DNA from: a virus
Lineage: Duplodnaviria > Caudoviricetes
Reading direction: 5' to 3' (one strand)
IMG/VR virus record: IMGVR_UViG_3300048881_000780
DNA length: 64,000 nucleotides
The first letter of the stretch is position 1, and the number at the start of each line of letters is the position of its first letter. Under the pieces are notes generated by a model. It was given only the letters and a program-made list of their open reading frames with translations. It made no database searches and had not been told where the DNA came from. This document shows positions 59,050 to 64,000 of the stretch, piece after piece. The position numbers were made by a program, and so were the translations under genes.

Positions 59050-59625
59050 ATTCATTTATGAACGATCTGGCCACTAAATTAGTATTTGAAAATGCAGGAT
59101 CTTTTGTTGACCCTGAAATAATATTAGGAGTATATACATTTATAGTCGTTGGAAGCTTATTTGGTATATATGTCCTTAGAGTAAAAGTACAAGGAGTCAA
59201 AAATGGAGAGAGCATATCCCCTCAACCTAGGGATCGTTTTATTTTCTTCTCTTTTATTATAGCTTATTCACTAATTGGAATAATTGGAATAATTGATCTT
59301 TTTACTCTTAGATATCCACCTGAAAAGGTACTATGCTTTAATGTTAATTACAGAAATAATCCAAAAACTAGAATTGGTTATTTAAATGACACCCGACGCT
59401 TTGTTAACTTAAGTGATTTACCATCAGGTAATATATCATTCTTTGAACCCAATTCATTCACTCTAAAAGATTATCAAGCTTGTAATAATGAAGAGCTAGA
59501 TTTCATTAAAGAAGTCGATTCAGCAAGAATCAAAGTCTATCAAGACTCAAATTCTATTAAACATTAATTAATAAACTCACAGGAGATTATATGAATTCAT
59601 TTATGAACGATCTGGCCACTAAATT
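59027..59625 (+). repeat. 54-bp perfect direct repeat covering RBS and first codons of two adjacent paralogues
   Basis: TAAACTCACAGGAG...GGCCACTAAATT at 59027-59080 and 59572-59625. Confidence 0.92.
59046..59567 (+). CDS. Two-TM membrane protein, family B copy 1
   Basis: 2 TM + LCF...RIGYL...Y.xC. Confidence 0.75.
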   Translation: MNSFMNDLATKLVFENAGSFVDPEIILGVYTFIVVGSLFGIYVLRVKVQGVKNGESISPQPRDRFIFFSFIIAYSLIGIIGIIDLFTLRYPPEKVLCFNVNYRNNPKTRIGYLNDTRRFVNLSDLPSGNISFFEPNSFTLKDYQACNNEELDFIKEVDSARIKVYQDSNSIKH

Positions 59626-60127
59626 TGTATTTAATAATACCCCAGGTTTAAGAGACTCTCCGGAAGCAGTCTTAGGGGTGTTCATTTTTTTAATAATCAT
59701 GAGTTTAATGGGTCTCTATACGTTAAGACAATTAGAAGTTAAAGGCCACATTGAAAAATCGTCAAATAACAAAGTTCACTATACTTTCTTTATTGTTGGC
59801 CTAATTTTTTCAAGTCTTGGACTGTTAAGAAACTTAACTCTTGAGTCACCACCAAATAAACTACTTTGTTTTGAGGTCGATTATCAAAAACAAGGTGGGT
59901 ACATAGATTTAAAAAAAAATCAACATACAACAACTAAAACCAACTCAAAGACTAGAGTTGGATATTTAAAGAATATTAGAACTTTTATAGACTTAAACGA
60001 TCTATCTGTAATTAATGTAAATACACCATCTCACATTAAATACCAAGAGTGCACTAATCGTGATCGTAAATTGATTAAAGATGTTATTTCTTCAATTACA
60101 AACTTTAAAAATCTAACTAAGGATTAA
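59591..60127 (+). CDS. Two-TM membrane protein, family B copy 2
   Basis: Same N-terminus MNSFMNDLATK; LCF...RVGYL...YQEC. Confidence 0.75.
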   Translation: MNSFMNDLATKFVFNNTPGLRDSPEAVLGVFIFLIIMSLMGLYTLRQLEVKGHIEKSSNNKVHYTFFIVGLIFSSLGLLRNLTLESPPNKLLCFEVDYQKQGGYIDLKKNQHTTTKTNSKTRVGYLKNIRTFIDLNDLSVINVNTPSHIKYQECTNRDRKLIKDVISSITNFKNLTKD

Positions 60128-60129
60128 AA

Positions 60130-60609
60130 ATGGATTTCTTATACAAAGTAAGCCTTGAAACACTTCTAGAACAATTGGGGTATCATCAAAACATCACTAT
60201 TGTTTTCTATTCACTACCCCTATTTATTATTGTCTGGTTAATGTTAAGACAGGCGGAGAATAAAGAAATAAAAATATCTCATATGTTTGTATTTTTTGTT
60301 TCAGCAATGTTTATGATATTTTTTAACACTCAGATTTTTAATCCCGAATTGGAATGTGTTGGCAGTAAAACATTAGAATTTAAAAGGGAATATGGAGAAA
60401 TTAAAGCATTTACATCTAGATATATTGTTCTTTCAAATTCTAAGAGCGGATTAAAACTTATAAACCCTAAAACTAATCAAATAAAATTCAAGAGTAACTC
60501 GGATCAATTTGCTAGCTGTACAGACAAAGAGAGAGAAATACTTGAAAGAATCAAGACTTTTAAAGCTGGAAAAGTTACAGAAATTTCTACAACAAAAGAA
60601 TTTAAGTAA
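60130..60609 (+). CDS. Two-TM membrane protein, family B copy 3 (divergent)
   Basis: 2 TM + LEC...LIN...FASCTDKE. Confidence 0.68.
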   Translation: MDFLYKVSLETLLEQLGYHQNITIVFYSLPLFIIVWLMLRQAENKEIKISHMFVFFVSAMFMIFFNTQIFNPELECVGSKTLEFKREYGEIKAFTSRYIVLSNSKSGLKLINPKTNQIKFKSNSDQFASCTDKEREILERIKTFKAGKVTEISTTKEFK

Positions 60610-60618
60610 AAGGATTTT

Positions 60619-61053
60619 ATGAAAGAAGAAAACAAAAACTTATTCAATGAGTTGCAATTTTTTTTATTAGGTAACGCAATTGTGCTAATTATCATTTTCT
60701 CATTATTTAGTATCGGGAATGCAATCGTTACATATAAAAGGCCATCTACAACCTATATAAATAAAAGAGTTACTGATTCAAAAGTTCCCACAAAAGTAAA
60801 GTGGATACTATGTGAAGCTTTCCTTTTTGATACTAAAGCTCTTAATATTCAATGCATTAAGAGATTCGGGTTAAATCATCTTAAAAATTTTCCCGTCGCC
60901 CATTTCTACATAGGTTTTAATTATCTACATCCATTCTCTAAAGAAGTTAATCTTCTTTATGAGCAAGGATTAATTAGGCAAGAAGATCTTGAAAACTCAA
61001 CGACTCTTAGCTACTTCATCAATAGAAGGGATATTGTATTATGGAAGAATTAA
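60619..61053 (+). CDS. Single-TM membrane protein, family A copy 2
   Basis: LC.A...DT...N.QCI..FGL and LI..ED..NS..LSY shared with 58618..59049. Confidence 0.72.
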   Translation: MKEENKNLFNELQFFLLGNAIVLIIIFSLFSIGNAIVTYKRPSTTYINKRVTDSKVPTKVKWILCEAFLFDTKALNIQCIKRFGLNHLKNFPVAHFYIGFNYLHPFSKEVNLLYEQGLIRQEDLENSTTLSYFINRRDIVLWKN

Positions 61054-61541
61054 TGAAACTACTCTTTGTTGAGAATGTATTTAGAGATTTATTATTTAAT
61101 AATTTTATATCTATTGCTGGGAAAATAGAGCTTGTAGTAATAAGCATATTAGGCCTTCAGTTTATTTTCATCCTATCGTTTTTATTTAACGATATCCAAA
61201 TGTTACGATTAAAAACAGTAAGTACTACTAAGAAAATATTTATTCTTTCTTCCTTTATTGCTCTATCTCTAATGCTCTATGCCCCATTGTGGGTACTAAG
61301 TAGCGCTCCAAAGGGATATCTTTGTTTTCAAAGTGTTGAAGATAATTCTAGAGGTGAAATAATTCGCTATGGTAATATCCCTTCAGAGAGACATATAATC
61401 AATCTTAATAATTTAAACGAAGTAAAACTATTTAACTTCCCTAAAAATATGATCAAGTACTCAAAGTGTACAAGTGATGAGGAGCTAACACTCTCAAGAA
61501 TTGAGATGATGAATAATAATGCCAAAATTTTAAATAATTGA
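61041..61541 (+). CDS. Two-TM membrane protein, family B copy 4
   Basis: 2 TM + P..YLCF...RYG...INLNNL...YSKC. Confidence 0.72.
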   Translation: MEELMKLLFVENVFRDLLFNNFISIAGKIELVVISILGLQFIFILSFLFNDIQMLRLKTVSTTKKIFILSSFIALSLMLYAPLWVLSSAPKGYLCFQSVEDNSRGEIIRYGNIPSERHIINLNNLNEVKLFNFPKNMIKYSKCTSDEELTLSRIEMMNNNAKILNN

Positions 61542-61555
61542 TCACTAACGAAGTG

Positions 61556-64000
61556 TTACCTTTTAAGTAGCACTTCGACTGCTCCATCTTGACCAGGGTT
61601 ACCTACAGAGTTTAAAATAACACCCACGCCACTTCCTCCAGCTGAAGATCCTCCAAGACCTTGACCATTTAACCGAATATTCCCATCTGCACCAAATCCA
61701 CCACCTGGCCCAGCTCCCTTTGAGCCTCTAACTAGAACACTACCTAATACAGGATCTAAATAGGCCATAGAGCCTCCGCCTCCTCCTGAGGAAATTGCTA
61801 CTATATTATCATCAACTACAATAGCACTTGCACCACCACCTGATGGAGCTCTATATTCGTAATTGTCATAATTCAATTCATCTGATAACTCAGTCTTATT
61901 TCTAATTGTTGGTTTCGTTGGATTTTCATATCCCCAAAACCTATCTAGAAAGTCATAACAAAAGCCTAAACATTTAAGAGAAGGAGATCCTCCGACTCCT
62001 ACATAAAACTTTACATGTTTTCCTACAATACCATTAACCTCTACACTAAGAGTCTCACCACTTCCCCCATCTGATTGATGAAGAGCATCGGAATAACCAC
62101 CACCTCCGGCACCTGAAATTAACGCGGTAGCGCCAGCAGTAAAGTGAGACGGGATATCAATTGAGTAAACTGAATCCCGTGGAGAAAAGATTAATCTAGC
62201 GTTATTACCTTCAGATGTACAAGTAACTCCCGAAGGAAGAGAGATACCAGCGCAAGAGTCTGCTATAGAGATCATTTGTCCACTCTTATTTAGCCAATAA
62301 CTCTCTGTAGTAAGCCTATTAAAGTAATACCTAGGGGCCGCAATAAACTTATTTCCACCTCCCAAGTTCTCTAATAAGCAATCTAGATCATCCAAACAAG
62401 ACGTCTCAAAAACAAACAATGAATTATTATACTCTTCAACAATATAACTTCCGCTATTATTGTAAAATAACTTATTTTCTGTTTTCTCTCCATCAAACTT
62501 GATGTCTCTCCAAAAAGACTGATCTTGAGAGTGTACAATATATCCGTAATTTCCTTCACCAGCTAAGTAACTATTCATTTCAGGAAAATCTAAAAGATTA
62601 ATAGAATAACTAAATTCATAATTTGAGCTATCTATATTTGACCACTCAAATAAGAATGTATCTAATTGTCTTTTAATTTTAACTTTAACCTCTTTACCAC
62701 TCCATCCATCTCCACCTAGAGCATTTTCACTACATGGTAATTCAAATTTTTGAAACAATGGTATCTTGGTATTACCATCAAAATAGTAAATAAAAGTATT
62801 TGGAACATCACAAGATTGTGTTCTTTCAAATGATAAATACCTATTTAGACCACCAGATCGTTTAAAAGTTGCAATAACTCCCACAAAGTCATCATCGGAT
62901 CCATTACTACTTAAAGTTACTTCGTGAATATAATTTTGCTCTATAGTTGATGAAATAAAACCAATTGGATTAGTAGAATGTACCGAAGAACTAATATCCG
63001 ATCCAACATAACTCCAACTAGTAGCATCTCCTACAACAGTATCCTTTGTGTAAAGAGGAGAATTAAGTTCAAACCTATACCAGGTATTAAATATATCTGC
63101 GACACTAGGTGGACTATATGTAGACTTAGCGTTATTAAAAAGTAGTAAATTATTAAAAACTAGAGCGTTTTTTTGATCCAGTGAACCTATATTAAAACTT
63201 GCTATAGAATCAACAAAATTTCCGATAGAATCACTTACTCTATACTTTATATAAGCCGGGTCTCCCGCGTAACTAAGTGATTTAAACTGCAATCCATCAG
63301 GTCTCGCTGTTACCTCTCCACCTACTACTTCTAAAATTTCAGAAAAACTTAAAGGTGATGGATTAGTAAGAAGAGAAGAGTCGTTTTCAAGCATTTTTGC
63401 AAAAGATAGAAAGTATTCATGACCCTGTTTTAAATCTATAATATCTTCATTGGCCTCAATCGCTGGCGTAATATTAATTGGTATAGTGTGATATAAAGAT
63501 GCTCCTTTATCATCCTCTGCTCTAACTAACAATTCACCTCTTCTTGTATTGCCAGGTGTTGCTCCATATCTAACTCTAGATGCTCCAAGATCGATTAAAT
63601 TTCCTTCTTTTTGAGAAATTGGAGTTATCTGAGGTGGTAGAACACCATCTGGGTCAGAGACAAAATCTAGAAGATTTACATCTATTGAATTTGACGCCAT
63701 AACTTCAATTGAGCTATCCACAAAGAATGGTAAATGATTGTTAACTGTAATATCTATAGTTGCCAATTCAATGGATTCTGCTCCCAGTGGGTCAATGGCC
63801 TTCAAAGTAAATGAATCAGTCCCATTAAACTTTCCAGTTGGAGTGTATACGTATGAATTATTATTAGAAATTTGCACATTTCCAAACTGTGGCTCATCTA
63901 CGATCTCAATGGCCACCTGAGATATCAAATCATCACTATCAAGCTTCTTAATATCTTTTTCAACGGCTACTGTCCCGATTGTTGAAACCGAATCAGATAG
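61556..64000 (-). CDS. C-terminal part of a large adhesin: cadherin/Ig-like repeats, lectin-like domain, glycine-rich tip (5' end beyond window)
   Basis: Frame open to the window edge; YTP..F.GTDSF, DDDFVG, GAGGGG/GGGASA motifs. Confidence 0.82.
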   Translation of the reverse strand, partial: LSDSVSTIGTVAVEKDIKKLDSDDLISQVAIEIVDEPQFGNVQISNNNSYVYTPTGKFNGTDSFTLKAIDPLGAESIELATIDITVNNHLPFFVDSSIEVMASNSIDVNLLDFVSDPDGVLPPQITPISQKEGNLIDLGASRVRYGATPGNTRRGELLVRAEDDKGASLYHTIPINITPAIEANEDIIDLKQGHEYFLSFAKMLENDSSLLTNPSPLSFSEILEVVGGEVTARPDGLQFKSLSYAGDPAYIKYRVSDSIGNFVDSIASFNIGSLDQKNALVFNNLLLFNNAKSTYSPPSVADIFNTWYRFELNSPLYTKDTVVGDATSWSYVGSDISSSVHSTNPIGFISSTIEQNYIHEVTLSSNGSDDDFVGVIATFKRSGGLNRYLSFERTQSCDVPNTFIYYFDGNTKIPLFQKFELPCSENALGGDGWSGKEVKVKIKRQLDTFLFEWSNIDSSNYEFSYSINLLDFPEMNSYLAGEGNYGYIVHSQDQSFWRDIKFDGEKTENKLFYNNSGSYIVEEYNNSLFVFETSCLDDLDCLLENLGGGNKFIAAPRYYFNRLTTESYWLNKSGQMISIADSCAGISLPSGVTCTSEGNNARLIFSPRDSVYSIDIPSHFTAGATALISGAGGGGYSDALHQSDGGSGETLSVEVNGIVGKHVKFYVGVGGSPSLKCLGFCYDFLDRFWGYENPTKPTIRNKTELSDELNYDNYEYRAPSGGGASAIVVDDNIVAISSGGGGGSMAYLDPVLGSVLVRGSKGAGPGGGFGADGNIRLNGQGLGGSSAGGSGVGVILNSVGNPGQDGAVEVLLKR

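Noticed and set aside
1008-63920. Short antisense or nested ORFs in the track (e.g. 1008, 4134, 8319, 8834, 9678, 10682, 12936, 19159, 23616, 24483, 30762, 32457, 34222, 40987, 41530, 42397, 43075, 45195, 45322, 47861, 48997, 51472, 55559, 57692, 58533, 60504, 63738)
   Set aside because: Shadows of longer, motif-bearing genes; no recognisable RBS or motifs
1-64000. Definite prophage or jumbo phage call; tRNA, rRNA or IS elements
   Set aside because: No terminase, portal, capsid, tail, transposase or structured RNA gene recognised in this window

Overview
AT-rich (~30% GC by eye) 64-kb window that looks like part of a large autonomous extrachromosomal element (megaplasmid, chromid or plasmid-like jumbo phage) rather than a normal bacterial chromosome. 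It encodes its own divergent replisome: a 1823-aa DnaE with an intact PHP site, a T4-gp41-like SF4 helicase and a Zn-ribbon/TOPRIM primase. It also has a two-subunit type IIA topoisomerase, dUTPase, a Dam-class methyltransferase, a nuclease-SNF2 fusion, a Zn-ribbon-containing tyrosine recombinase and a membrane-anchored FtsK ATPase fused to tandem Mrr-fold nuclease domains. The first ~21 kb is an accessory zone of small, independently promoted genes (TA-like pairs, two ADP-ribosyltransferase folds, a 2OG-Fe(II) oxygenase, a GIY-YIG nuclease, Zn-finger and helical mini-proteins). Large surface lipoproteins/adhesins are interspersed, and three share an unrecognised N-terminal module with swapped C-terminal payloads. 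Two cis-regulatory codes can be read directly from the DNA: an oriented TACGATAA promoter word upstream of 15 genes, and a TAACAC-N3-GTGTYA-like palindrome overlapping the -10 of the main DNA-metabolism operons. No rRNA, tRNA, CRISPR array, IS transposase or virion genes were recognised. Lipoprotein style and GGCC enrichment suggest a Bdellovibrionota (Bacteriovoracaceae-like) host, which is inference only. All assignments are from manual motif reading; no database search was run.
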